64,000 nucleotides of DNA from assembly GCA_963845925.1 (NCBI GenBank), contig CAWJUA010000025.1:175114-239113 (forward strand), written 5' to 3'. Shown piece after piece: positions 1-9,647 of this stretch. Under the pieces are notes generated by a model. It did not search any database. It was not told where the DNA came from and was given only the letters and a program-made list of their open reading frames with translations. Positions within the stretch are counted from its first letter, which is position 1. Every line of letters begins with the position of its first letter. The position numbers and the translations under genes are program-made. This stretch comes from an uncultured Chloroflexia bacterium. GTDB lineage: Bacteria; Chloroflexota; Limnocylindria; Limnocylindrales; CSP1-4.

Positions 1-780
1 GCGGTGGTAGAAGTGGGTGATATGGGCCGGCGCCTCGGCCAGCCGGCCGATCTCGATCGCCTCGCGGAACGGATCGAGGAAGCGGTCGCCCAGCGAGTAG
101 CGGACGTGGGTGTGGTAGAAGCCGCCGTTCCTGCCGGCTTCTCGTGTGAGCTCCGCCAGCTCGCCGGTGTGGGCGTAGCTCCCCGGCGGGTAGTCGAGGC
201 CCGATGACAGACCGTAGGCGCCCTCCTCCATGCCCTCGCGGAGGAGGCTCTGCATCCGGGCGCGCTGGCTCGGCGTCGCCGGGACGTCCTCCCAGCCGAC
301 GGCCTGGATCCGGAGCGGCGAGTTGCCGATCAGGTAGGCGATGTTGAGGCTGACGGTCCCGTCGAACCGGGCCAGGTAGCTCGCGACCGTCGACCAGTCG
401 ATCTTCGTCTTGTGCGTTCTTCGAGGGTCGCCATCCAGTCCCGAATTGAGGTGGACGAACGCGTCGAGGTCCTCCTGGGTCGCGAACGGCGCATAGCTGT
501 TGCCGTCGACCCCGATGACCTCGGTCGTGATGCCCTGGCGGACCTTGGGCTCGTGGAGCGGCTCGGCGAGGATCATCAGCCCCGAGTGGGAGTGGAGGTC
601 GATGAACCCGGGCGCCACGACCTTGCCGGTGGCGTCGATCGTGCGGCCCGCCGGCTCCGTGCCCGGCTGATCGGTCAGGCGCAGCCGCCCGTCCCGGACC
701 TCGACGGTGCCGGGTCGACCGGGCGCCCCGGTCCCGTCGACGAGCGTCCCGCCGACGATTCGGATCTCCGGCCCGCTCAT
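1..780 (-). CDS. N-acyl-D-amino-acid deacylase (D-aminoacylase) family amidohydrolase, 3' end cut by window edge
   Basis: Absent from the ORF track because it runs off the window. Reverse-strand translation from ATG 780 gives MSGPEIRIVGGTLVDGTGAPGRPGTVEVRDGRLRL..ATGKVVAPGFIDLHSHSGLMIL..SSGLDYPPGSYAHTGEL..GGFYHTHVRYSLGD. It stays in frame for 260 codons down to nt 1. The HSH metal motif and block order match D-aminoacylases. Confidence 0.8.
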   Translation of the reverse strand, partial: MSGPEIRIVGGTLVDGTGAPGRPGTVEVRDGRLRLTDQPGTEPAGRTIDATGKVVAPGFIDLHSHSGLMILAEPLHEPKVRQGITTEVIGVDGNSYAPFATQEDLDAFVHLNSGLDGDPRRTHKTKIDWSTVASYLARFDGTVSLNIAYLIGNSPLRIQAVGWEDVPATPSQRARMQSLLREGMEEGAYGLSSGLDYPPGSYAHTGELAELTREAGRNGGFYHTHVRYSLGDRFLDPFREAIEIGRLAEAPAHITHFYHR

Positions 781-983
781 CGCCGCGCCCTCGCCGCGCG
801 CTTGCGGTCCGCCAGCCGGACCAACCAGCGATCGGAGTCGGCCAAATGGGCCGAAGATTCGCGCTCCTTCGCCGCGTTGGTCCGCCACAGGGACCATCCG
901 ACGGATGGCCGGGCCCTCGTTCGTTCGTTGCTCCCCTAGGCGGACCAGCGCAGTCGGTAACTGGGAGTGAAGCCCGGATCGTC

Positions 984-1629
984 ATGATCGGCGCGATGGC
1001 GACTCGTGAGCGCCCCGCAGATCGCGGTCGTAGGCGCGCTCGCCGGGACATGCTTCGCGCTGGCGAAGAGCACCGGCAGGCCCGCGTCGGCGCCGGCCTG
1101 AGCCTTCGAGATTGCGCTGCCGCCTCTGGCGCATCGCACCAGCAACTCATCCGGTTCGAGCGTGGCCAGCTCGATCGTGTCTCGATCGAGGAGCTTGGCG
1201 CGTGGTGCGCTGTCGCTCGGGCTCGACCTGGCCATGCGAACCTACCGAGCTGGCGATCCCCTTCGGGACCGAGCCCAACTCGCCCTGCTCGAGCGGCTCC
1301 GAGCGCGCCTCCATCCGAGTTTGCGCTGGCGGACGGAGGTGCCACTCCCGATCGAGGGTGACCTCCGGGCGTGGGACGCCGAGATCCGCGGCCGCGACCC
1401 TCGAGCGTGGCGCGCCCGCGTCGAGGCGGAGACGCGCATCGCCGACGGCCAGGCGCTCGAGCGCAAGCTCGCCCTGAAGCTCCGCGACGACCCCGACGGT
1501 CACCTGATCCTCCTCGTGTCAGACACCCGATCGAACCGCGCGGCGCTCGCGACCCTCGCTCCCGGTCTAAACGCCGATGCTGCCGCGTACCACGAGGGAG
1601 ATTCTGAGCGCCCTGACCGCCGGGCGTGA
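984..1629 (+). pseudogene. XRE-type HTH protein with C-terminal nuclease-like domain, one frameshift
   Basis: ORF 846..1361 carries the HTH (GLSLRDCAAASGASHQQLIRFERGQLDRVSIEELGAWCAV). ORF 1162..1629 carries the continuation (LGLDLAMRTYRAGDPLRDRAQLALLERLRARLHP..RAWDAEIRG..VEAETRIADGQALERKLALK). The two join only with a 1-nt shift at about nt 1215. The start is ATG 984 or 996. Confidence 0.6.
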
Positions 1630-1652
1630 ACCGCTCGGCAGCGGCATCGTGA

Positions 1653-2708
1653 TCATCTGACCGCCGGCTCCAGCAGCCGGATCGTGTGGGCGTCGGCGTC
1701 GACCTCGGCGAGGACGCCCAGCGGGAGCACCCACTGCGGGTCGGTGTGGCCGAAGTCGAGGTTCGACACGATCGGCAGGTCGGGCCGGCCGAACTCCTCG
1801 GCGACGACGCGGACGACCAGCTCGTCGAGCCGCGCCTTCGCCTCGTCAGAATAGTCACGCGCCCGCCCGACGAGCAGCCCCGAGATCCGGTCGAACACGC
1901 CCTGCATCCCGTAGTTCCGGAGCCAGTAGCTCACGGTGTCCGGCGTCGGCGCGTCCTCCGACGTCTCGATGAAGAAGAGGCGACCGTCCCAGAACTCCGG
2001 CGCCGGCCAGAACTCCGTCCCTTTCAGCATCTCGAGGACCTCGCCACAGCCGCCGAACAGCCGGCCGCGCGCGACCCCGGAGCCCTGCAGCCAGCGCCAT
2101 CCATCGTGCGCCCGCAGCTCCCCGACCGCGCCGGCGTTCGACGGGTCGCGCCAATCGCGGTACCCGTCGACCCACTCCGCGAACGGCCGGTACTCGTATG
2201 TCGGCGCCGGCTCGAACAGGAGCGAACGCACGTGATCCACGGCCCCCTGAAACGCCTCGATCTGGGCGAACCCCGCCATCACCGCCGGTCCATTGAACGT
2301 AACGAGGCCGGCCACGTTGTAGAACGCGAGCTGCGTCGTGGTGTCCGAATACCCGAGCAGCACCTTCGGGTTGGCGAGCGCCAACGACGGATCGAGGAAC
2401 GGCAGGATCCGCACGGAATCCACCCCGCCGATCGACGAGACGATCGCCCGCACCGACGGATCCGCGAATGCCGCGTTCAGGTCGTCGGCCCGGGCCCGCG
2501 GGTCGGCGCCGAGCTCGCGCGCGGCTCGCCGGGCACTCGGCATCTCGCGAACCTCGAAGTCGAACACGCGCCGCAGCACGTCGAGCCCGCGCTCGAACAC
2601 ATGCGGGAACACGCTCGGACCGCCCCACGACGTGGCCACGACCGCGACCGTGTCGCCCGGCCGGAGCCGCGGCGGCCGAATCGGCTCCACCGGACCCCCG
2701 CGACCCAT
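1653..2708 (-). CDS. LD-carboxypeptidase / MccF-like peptidase S66
   Basis: ORF 1653..2774. I take the start at ATG 2708 (MGRGGPVEPIRPPRLRPGDTVAVVATS), which overlaps the upstream stop as ATGA. It has the S66 serine context LLGYSDTTT and a C-terminal DFGHTDPQ block. Confidence 0.8.
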   Translation of the reverse strand: MGRGGPVEPIRPPRLRPGDTVAVVATSWGGPSVFPHVFERGLDVLRRVFDFEVREMPSARRAARELGADPRARADDLNAAFADPSVRAIVSSIGGVDSVRILPFLDPSLALANPKVLLGYSDTTTQLAFYNVAGLVTFNGPAVMAGFAQIEAFQGAVDHVRSLLFEPAPTYEYRPFAEWVDGYRDWRDPSNAGAVGELRAHDGWRWLQGSGVARGRLFGGCGEVLEMLKGTEFWPAPEFWDGRLFFIETSEDAPTPDTVSYWLRNYGMQGVFDRISGLLVGRARDYSDEAKARLDELVVRVVAEEFGRPDLPIVSNLDFGHTDPQWVLPLGVLAEVDADAHTIRLLEPAVR

Positions 2709-3169
2709 CACCCCGGACCCGACCACGCCTGGAGCTCGAGGATGTTGCCCTCGGGATCGGTCAGGTACGTCCACGTGACGCGCCGGCCGTCGGACGTTCC
2801 CGTCGTCACGATCTCGCCGATCACCCCGCCGCCCTCGGCCAGCACGGCCTCGCGGGCCGCGGCCACGTCGGGGACCGCGAACGCGATGTGCCCGAACCCG
2901 GGCCGGTTGATCGCTGTCGCCGGCCGCTCCGGCTCCGCTCCGTACTGGAAGATCTCGAGCGTCGGCCCGTTGTCGCCGAGGCCCGGCAGGCGGAGATGCG
3001 CGCCGCGGATCGTGGCGCCCGGCACGCCGGTCCCGGCCTCGAGAACCGGGCCGCCGAGATCACGCTCGGGCGGCACGAAGACGCAGCCGAAGACGCGCTC
3101 GTAGAAGTCGGCGAGCAGCCGCCAGTCGGCGGCGACGAGATTGACGTGTCCGAATCGCGCCTCGATCAC
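2708..3169 (-). CDS. VOC (glyoxalase/bleomycin resistance/dioxygenase) family protein
   Basis: These are the last 153 codons of shadow ORF 2708..4321: VIEARFGHVNLVAADWRLLADFYERVFG..GFGHIAFAVPDVAAAREAVLAEGG..TYLTDPEGNILELQAW. GTG 3169 is preceded by GGAGGG and overlaps the upstream stop (GTGA). Confidence 0.75.
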   Translation of the reverse strand: MIEARFGHVNLVAADWRLLADFYERVFGCVFVPPERDLGGPVLEAGTGVPGATIRGAHLRLPGLGDNGPTLEIFQYGAEPERPATAINRPGFGHIAFAVPDVAAAREAVLAEGGGVIGEIVTTGTSDGRRVTWTYLTDPEGNILELQAWSGPG

Positions 3170-4515
3170 GATGGTCCCTCCAGTCGTCGGCCGCGGACCC
3201 AGGCGCCGCGGACCATGTCGGGGTGTGGCCGGAAGATCAGCCGGCTCATGAGGGCCGAGGGATCCTCGAGCAGGGCGGGATCCTCCGGCGCGGCGCCGCG
3301 CAACGGCGACGTCATGGCCGGGTCGACGACGATCAGGTCGGCCTCCTTGCCCGCCTCGAGCGAGCCGATCACGTCCGAAAGGCCCAGCGCCCGCGCTCCC
3401 TCGATCGTCCCGAGACGGAGCCAGTCGAGCGGCGCCAGCGCCGGCCGCGGCTCGCCAGCGACCGCTCGCAGACCCATCTGCGAGAACGCCCCGACCCGCA
3501 TCACGCCAAAGAGCGACGGATCCGGTCCGCCCGACACGTCCGACCCGAGCCCGACGGCGATCCCAGCCTCGAGCCAGCGGGACAGCGGCATCACGCCGGC
3601 GCCGATGAACAGGTTCGAGGCCGGGCAGTGGGCGACGCGCGTGTCGGTCTCGACAATGCGAGCGACCTCGCGATCGGACAGGTGGATCGCGTGAGCGAGG
3701 ACGGACCGCGACCCCAGGGCGCCCGCCCGATCGTAGACGTCGACGTAGTCGATGGCTTCCGGGAACTGCCGCGCGACCTCCGCGATCTCGCCCGCGTCCT
3801 CGGACACGTGCGACTGCCACCACGCGCCGGTCGAGCGGGCGAGCGACGCAGACTCTCGGAGGAGCTCCGCGGTGCAGGAGACGGCGAACCGCGGCGTGAC
3901 GGCGTAGCCCAGGCGCCCGTCGGCGGCGCCGTGCCAGCGCGAGATCAGCCCCGCCGACTCGCGCAGTGACCGCTCGAGGATCGTCGACGGCTCGACCGTC
4001 GGGTCGTACGTGACCCGGTCCATCATCACCTTGCCGAGGATCGCCCGGATCCCGTGCGCCTCGGCCGCCCGGAACGCCTCGTCCATCGCCGCCTCGTAGA
4101 CGACGCCGTAGGCCATGACCGTCGTCGTCCCAGCGGCGGCGAACGCCCGGAAGATCGCCGGCGACAGCGCGGCCGCGACCGCGGGGTCGGCCCACGACCG
4201 CTCGGTCGGGAACGTCAGCCGGTCGAGCCAGGTCAGCAGGTCGAGCGCGAAGCCCAGGCCGGCATTGGGCAGCTGCGGCAGGTGCGCGTGGAGGTCGACC
4301 ATCCCCGGCAGCGCGACCCACGGGCGAAGATCGACCGCGCCGTCCGCCACCCCCGCCGGCGCGCCGGATGCCGGACCCGCGAACGCGATCCGCCCTGCGG
4401 CGTCGACCGCGACCAGCCCATCGGCCTCGTCGAGCATCCCGCCGCCGGCGAGCGGCGACAGCACCCGGGCCCGCAGCGCATACGGCGGCCGACCCGGGAG
4501 CTCGACGGTGGGCAT
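3166..4515 (-). CDS. Amidohydrolase, guanine-deaminase-like
   Basis: ORF 3166..4566 has PGMVDLHAHLPQ (HxH), SHVSED, AHAIHLSD and GLGSDVSGG blocks of the guanine/cytosine-deaminase branch. I chose ATG 4515 (MPTVELPG) because the longer ORF would overlap the binding-protein gene. The substrate cannot be decided from sequence alone. Confidence 0.7.
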   Translation of the reverse strand: MPTVELPGRPPYALRARVLSPLAGGGMLDEADGLVAVDAAGRIAFAGPASGAPAGVADGAVDLRPWVALPGMVDLHAHLPQLPNAGLGFALDLLTWLDRLTFPTERSWADPAVAAALSPAIFRAFAAAGTTTVMAYGVVYEAAMDEAFRAAEAHGIRAILGKVMMDRVTYDPTVEPSTILERSLRESAGLISRWHGAADGRLGYAVTPRFAVSCTAELLRESASLARSTGAWWQSHVSEDAGEIAEVARQFPEAIDYVDVYDRAGALGSRSVLAHAIHLSDREVARIVETDTRVAHCPASNLFIGAGVMPLSRWLEAGIAVGLGSDVSGGPDPSLFGVMRVGAFSQMGLRAVAGEPRPALAPLDWLRLGTIEGARALGLSDVIGSLEAGKEADLIVVDPAMTSPLRGAAPEDPALLEDPSALMSRLIFRPHPDMVRGAWVRGRRLEGPS

Positions 4516-4534
4516 GCCGCGATGATAGGGGCGG

Positions 4535-5608
4535 CTAGTGGGTCGGAAGGAACTCCTCGGTGACAAGCTGGTCGACCGTGACCGGCGTCGGCACGAGGCC
4601 CAGCTTCGTCATGTAGTCGATCGAGGCCTGCCAGCCCTCGCGGTCGATCGCGCCAATCGGGCGGGAGGGGTCGGCCGTGCCCGCCGGCGTCCAGACGTCG
4701 ATCGTCGCGTCGAGGATCGCCGACTGCGTCGCCCGGTCCTGGCCCAGGTCCGGCACCGCGGCGATCGCGGCGTCGAGCCCGGTCGCGGGGTTGGCGACGA
4801 TGTCGCCCATCGCCTTGAGCGTCGCCCGGACGAAGCCGGCGACCGCGTCGTGCTTCGCGGAGGCCGTCGCCGTCGACACGATCAGGCCCGGTCCGGGCAG
4901 CGCCGTGGCGTCGTCGACGTGCAGGACGAACGCCGGCGTCCCCGCGAGCTCGAGCTGGACTGGCTCGTTGTTGGCGAAGCCGGTCGCCGCATCGACCGCG
5001 CCCTGGGCGACCGCCGCGCCCTGGCCGAAGTCCGGGTATTCGGTGATCAGGACGTCGTTCGGCGTCAGCCCGGCCGAGTCGAGCAGGGCCTGGAGCATGA
5101 TCCAGGACGAGCCGTATCGCCCCGGGATGCCGATCTTCCTGCCCTTCAGGTCGGCCGCGTTCGCGATCCCTGACGACTCCTTCCCGAACACGATCGAGGG
5201 GAACGTGCCGTAGATCGTGGCGACGTACTTGATCGGGATGCCCTGGCTGACCGCCGGGATCACGCTCGTCCCGTCGGAGATCCCGATGTCGACCTGGCCC
5301 TGGCCGACCTTCGGCACGAGGTTCGCGTCGATCTCGTTCTGGAACGTGACCTCGAGGCCCTCGTCGCGGTAGTAGCCGGCCTGGTCGGCGAGGTAGAACT
5401 GGGCGAACTGGACGCTGGGGATGTAGCCGAGGCCGACGGTCAGCTTCGTCGGCGGGCCCGATGGGGCCACCGAGACCGAGGGGGCGGCCGAGCTCCCCGC
5501 GGCCGACGACGCGGACGGCGTCGGAGACGCGCCCGAGCTGCACGCCGCGACGAGGAGCGCGGCAGCGACACCGGCGACGAGACTTCGACCGAAGAACAAC
5601 GGGCGCAT
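4535..5608 (-). CDS. ABC transporter substrate-binding lipoprotein, NMT1/THI5-like (NitT/TauT family)
   Basis: ORF 4535..5608 has a signal peptide with lipobox LLVAAC followed by SS. It continues GLGYIPSVQFAQFYLADQAGYY..GISDGTSVIPAVSQG..GIPGRYGSSW. Confidence 0.8.
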   Translation of the reverse strand: MRPLFFGRSLVAGVAAALLVAACSSGASPTPSASSAAGSSAAPSVSVAPSGPPTKLTVGLGYIPSVQFAQFYLADQAGYYRDEGLEVTFQNEIDANLVPKVGQGQVDIGISDGTSVIPAVSQGIPIKYVATIYGTFPSIVFGKESSGIANAADLKGRKIGIPGRYGSSWIMLQALLDSAGLTPNDVLITEYPDFGQGAAVAQGAVDAATGFANNEPVQLELAGTPAFVLHVDDATALPGPGLIVSTATASAKHDAVAGFVRATLKAMGDIVANPATGLDAAIAAVPDLGQDRATQSAILDATIDVWTPAGTADPSRPIGAIDREGWQASIDYMTKLGLVPTPVTVDQLVTEEFLPTH

Positions 5609-5626
5609 GCGACCTCCTGGGTTGGG

Positions 5627-6376
5627 CTACCGGACGCCGACGAGCCGGCGTTCGAGGACGACGACGACGAGATAGAGCGCGATTCCGAGCAGGGCGATCG
5701 TGACGAGCGTCGCGAACATCAGCGGGATGTCGAAGAGCGAGCCGCGCGCCAGGTTGACGAGCACGCCGAGGCCGCGGTCGGCGCCGGCCCACTCCCCGAC
5801 GATCGCGCCGACGACCGCCAGCGTGACCCCGACCCGCAGCCCGCCCAGGATCGACGGCAGGGCGGCCGGGACCTCGAGGGTCGTCAGCACCTGGCGGCGG
5901 GTCGCCCGGAACGAGCGGGCCATCTCGAGCAGCCCCGCGTCGACCGACCGGATCCCGACCATCGTCGAGACCGCGATCGGGAAGAACACGATCAGGGCGC
6001 AGATCACGACCTTGCTCGTCAGCCCCGGCCCGAACCACAGCGCGAGCAGCGGGGCGAGGGCGAGGATCGGCGTCGCCTGGGCGGCGACGATGTACGGCGA
6101 GACGACGCGCTCGACGAGCGCCGACCGGGCGAGCCCGTAGCCGGCGACGAGGCCGACGACGGTGCCGACGAGAAGCCCGAGCGCGATCTCGACCAGCGTC
6201 GACCAGGCGTGCGGCGGGATCACGCCATCAATCCAGCCACGGACGAACCGCGACGCGACCGACTCCGGCGGCGGCAGGATGAACGGCGGGTAGCCGCCGA
6301 TCACGACGATCGCCTTCCAGACGAGGACGAACACCGCGAACGACGCGGCGACCGAGAGGACGGCGGACCGCGTCAT
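5627..6376 (-). CDS. ABC transporter permease (NitT/TauT family)
   Basis: Last 249 codons of ORF 5627..7267, starting at ATG 6376 (MTRSAVLSVAASFAVFVLVW). It has multiple hydrophobic helices and the conserved loop MARSFRATRRQVLTTLEVPAALP. Its start overlaps the ATPase stop as ATGA. Confidence 0.8.
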   Translation of the reverse strand: MTRSAVLSVAASFAVFVLVWKAIVVIGGYPPFILPPPESVASRFVRGWIDGVIPPHAWSTLVEIALGLLVGTVVGLVAGYGLARSALVERVVSPYIVAAQATPILALAPLLALWFGPGLTSKVVICALIVFFPIAVSTMVGIRSVDAGLLEMARSFRATRRQVLTTLEVPAALPSILGGLRVGVTLAVVGAIVGEWAGADRGLGVLVNLARGSLFDIPLMFATLVTIALLGIALYLVVVVLERRLVGVR

Positions 6377-7152
6377 GCCGCCAGCGCTCCCCCGCCGAGG
6401 AGGGCCCGGATCTCCGCGGCGGCGTCGGACACGACCGCCCGGTCGAGGGCGTCGAGCGAGCGCGGCCGCGGCAGGTCGATCGGGACGATCGCGGCGACGC
6501 GGCCCGGCCGGGGCGTCATCACGACGACGCGGTCGGCGAGGAGGATCGCCTCGGGGATGCTGTGGGTGACGATCACGATCGTCGGCCGGGCCCGCTCCCA
6601 CAGCGCCAGGACCTCGAGGTTGAGCCGGTCGCGGGTCAGCGCGTCCAGCGCGCTGAACGGCTCGTCGAGGAGCAGCACCCGCGGCTGCAGCGCGAGGGCC
6701 CGGGCGATCGCCGCGCGCTGGCGCATCCCGCCCGAGAGCTGGCTGGGCCGCAGGTCGCGGGCGTCGGCGAGGCCGACGAGGTCGAGCAGCTCGCCGAGGC
6801 GTGCGGCGCGCCGCTCGTTCGGCCAGCCGGCGAGCTCGAGCGGGTACGTCACGTTGTCGGCGACCGACCGCCACGGCAGCAGCCGCGGCTCCTGGAAGAC
6901 CAGCCCGATCGCCGGGTCGGGTCCGGTGATTGGCGCGTCGTCGAGCGTCACGCTGCCCGCGGCGGGCGCGAGCAGCCCGGACGCGACCCGCAGGAACGTG
7001 CTCTTGCCGCAGCCGTTGGGGCCGATGATCGCGACGATCTCGCCGCGCTGGACCGCGAGGTCGAAGCCGCCGAGCGCCTCGGTCGGCGGCTCGTCGCGGC
7101 GCGCGAACCGGACGTCGATGCCGCTCGCGACGAGCCGCGCGCCGCCGGTCAC
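6373..7152 (-). CDS. ABC transporter ATP-binding protein (NitT/TauT family)
   Basis: Last 259 codons of ORF 6373..7914, starting at GTG 7152. It has Walker A GPNGCGKST, signature LSGGMRQRAAIARAL and Walker B LLLDEPFSALD. Its start overlaps the kinase stop as GTGA. Confidence 0.85.
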   Translation of the reverse strand: MTGGARLVASGIDVRFARRDEPPTEALGGFDLAVQRGEIVAIIGPNGCGKSTFLRVASGLLAPAAGSVTLDDAPITGPDPAIGLVFQEPRLLPWRSVADNVTYPLELAGWPNERRAARLGELLDLVGLADARDLRPSQLSGGMRQRAAIARALALQPRVLLLDEPFSALDALTRDRLNLEVLALWERARPTIVIVTHSIPEAILLADRVVVMTPRPGRVAAIVPIDLPRPRSLDALDRAVVSDAAAEIRALLGGGALAA

Positions 7153-8594
7153 GACCGCAGCCCCGCGAGGACCGGCGCGATCGCCGGATGGAGGCGGACA
7201 TAGGCGTCGAACGCGGCGTCGTAGCGGTCGCGGTACTCGGCGCGCGGCTCGAGGCGGTGGGCGACACGGGTCATGCCGCGGATCGCCGCCGGCAGATCGG
7301 GGTACGCACCGACCCCGGTCGCCCCCAGCGCCGCGGCCCCGACGACCGCCGTCTCGAGGACCGCCGGCACCGCGACGCGGAACCCGGTCACGTCGGCCTT
7401 GACCTGGTTCCACAGCTCGCTCCGCGCCGGCCCGCCGCAGACCCGCATCTCGTCGACGGTCACGCCGGCCGCGAGGATCGGCTGGGCGACGTGGCGGACC
7501 GCGAACGCCGACGCCTCGAGGATCGCCCGGGTCAAGTGGCCGCGACGGTGGTCGAGCGTCAACCCGACGAACGCGCCCCGCGCCGACGGATCCCAGATCG
7601 GCGAGCGCTCGCCGGCGAGGTACGGCAGGAAGAGGACCCCCTCGGCGCCGGGCGGCGTCGCGGCGGCCTCCTCGAGGAGCGCCTCGGTCGAGTCGACGCC
7701 GGCAACGATCTGGGTCCGGAACCAGTCGATCGCCCGGCCGGTCGCGGCCATCGCCCCGCCGACGCTGAACAGGCCGGGCAGCGGCGCGATCGTCGCGAAG
7801 CTGCCGGGCACGACCAGCGGCCGGTCCCAGTAGACGCCGAACCCGCCGGCGGCCCCGCCGACGTCGATCGCGTCGCCCTTCGCGGTCATGCCCGCGCCGT
7901 GGAAGCTCGCCCACGCGTCGACGAGGCCGGCGACGACCGGGATCCCGGCGGCGAGCCGGAGGTGGTCGGCCGCGGCCGGGGTCAGCTCGCCGAGGACGTC
8001 GCCCGCGCGAACCGCCGGCGGGACCTTCGCGGCGGGCACTGCCCGCCCCATCGAGCGACGGCCGCGGCCGGGAACGGCTGGCCCTCGACCAGGCTCGTCG
8101 CCGCGCGGCCGGTCAGCCGCAGCCCGAGGAAGTCCCACGTCGCGAGGTACCAGCACGTCGCGGCCGCGACGGCCGGCTCGTTCCGCTCGACCCAGAGCGC
8201 GGCCGGCAGCCCGGCGAGCGACCAGCCCGCCAGGCCCGTCGCCGCGGCGAGCTCGGCCGCCTCCGCGGTCGCCCGCGAGTCCTGCCAGATGATCGCGGGC
8301 CGCGTCGGGCGGCCCGCGGCGTCGACCGCGACGAGCGTCGGGCCGTGGCCGTCGACCGCGACCGCGATGACCTCCGCGGCGGCCGCCGACGTCAGCCGCC
8401 GGACCGACGTCGCGAGCGCCCCCCACCAAGCCTCGGGGTCCTGCTCCGCGCGGCCCGTCGCCGCGTCGGTGTCCGTCCGGTAGCCCGTCCTGGCGAGGCC
8501 CGAGCAGGCGGCCGTCGAGCGTGACGAGGCCGGCCTTGACCTCGGTCGTGCCGAGGTCGATGCCGAGGATCGCCGCCTCGCGCGTCGCCGCCAT
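7149..8594 (-). pseudogene. FGGY-family carbohydrate kinase (xylulokinase-like), two frameshifts
   Basis: The N-terminus MAATREAAILGIDLGTTEVKAGLVTLDGRLLG (ATG 8594) is in the frame of ORF 7149..9602. So are the last ~300 aa (GIPVVAGLVDAWASFHGAGM..LPYLAGERSPIWDP..VCGGPARSELWNQVKADVTG). The middle (RTGYRTDTDAATGRAEQDPEAWWGAL..VDGHGPTLVAVDAAGRPTRPAIIWQDSR) reads in another frame. The junctions lie near 8498 and 8050. Confidence 0.75.
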
Positions 8595-9536
8595 CAGGCC
8601 GCCCCGCCCGCCTCGTCCGCGGCCAGCCGGGCCACCGCCTCGGCCGTCGCGACGTCCGTCACGAGCGTCGTCAGCGCGCCGGCCCGCAGCGCGCCGAGGA
8701 TCGGCCGGACCTTCGCCGCGCCGCCGGCGACGCCGATCCGGATCGGGACGCGATCGAGCCGCTCGACGTCGAACGCGATCGTCCGGTCGCGCGAGATCGC
8801 CGCGGACGAACTGGCCGTCGAGGTCGAACGGCGCCATCAGCAGCTCGCCGACCGCCTCGGCCTTCTCGAGCCGGCGGCACGTCGCCTTGCCGAACGCCGC
8901 GGTCGTCCAGGTCGGCCCGCCGATCCCGAAGACGGCGACGTCGAGCCGGTCCCAGAGATCGAGGATCCGGCGCACGCCGGCGTGGGCGACGAGCGAGCGC
9001 TTCGTGGCCGGGTCGTCGACGAGGCCCGGCGCGAGGAGGCCCTGGGGAACGCCGCCGATCGCGTCGGCGATCCGCCGGAACGGCTCGCGGGCCGGGCCGC
9101 TGAACCAGTAGCCGCCGCACAACGGGACCACGGTCGCGCCGGTCTCGCGCGACGGCTCGTCGAGCGCGTCGGCGAGCGCGGAGATCGACGACCCGTCGCC
9201 GACGCCGACGACCCCGCCGTCGCGAACCGCGGCCCGAAGCACGTCTGCGCCAAGGCGGCCGACCAGCCGCCGGCCGACGTCCTCGGGTCCCCGGAGGCTC
9301 GCCGCGAGATGGACCGCCTGGAGGTGGAAGCGCTCACGCAGCTCGTCGCCGGCGGGACTGGACTGGGCGGCCTGGTCGACGATCCGGATCTCGACGATGC
9401 CCTCGGCGCGTGCCCGCTTCAGGATCCGCGAGACCTGCGGCCGGGTGACGCCGAGCAGCTCCGCGACGCGTGACTGCGTCTCGCCCAGCTCGTAGTAGAG
9501 CCGGCTCGCGTCGATCAGCTGCTGGACGTCGGACAA
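8594..9536 (-). pseudogene. SorC/DeoR-type sugar-responsive transcriptional regulator, one frameshift
   Basis: The HTH RLYYELGETQSRVAELLGVTRPQVSRILKRARAEGIVEI and the sugar-binding domain lie in ORF 7149..9602. After APFDLDGQFVRGDLAR (about 8787), the family-typical tail RTIAFDVERLDRVPIRIGVAGGAAKVRPILGALRAGALTTLVTD continues in another frame. That tail stops at 8594 (TGATG junction with the kinase start). The probable start is TTG 9536, because the ORF-track start at 9602 would cover the operator palindrome. Confidence 0.7.
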
Positions 9537-9560
9537 TTCATGGCTCCGTCGCGTACTTGC

Positions 9561-9589
9561 CTGCACATCTGCACGATACAGATGTGCAG
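9561..9589. promoter_or_regulatory. Perfect 11-bp inverted repeat, candidate operator in a divergent promoter region
   Basis: The sequence is CTGCACATCTG-cacgata-CAGATGTGCAG. It sits in a locally AT-richer patch of the ~110-bp spacer between the SorC-type regulator gene (-) and the lipoprotein gene (+). Confidence 0.5.
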
Positions 9590-9647
9590 ACGACCCGGCC
9601 ATGATCGTCGCGCCGCGCGGACCGTGTCAAGGAGCCGCCGGGTAGGC

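Noticed and set aside
7149-9602. 817-aa ORF suggesting a SorC-regulator/FGGY-kinase fusion protein
   Set aside because: The regulator's family-typical C-terminus and its stop (TGATG at 8594) are present in another frame. The single ORF exists only because frame breaks and the absence of stops in GC-rich sequence let it read through. I call two separate, disrupted genes.
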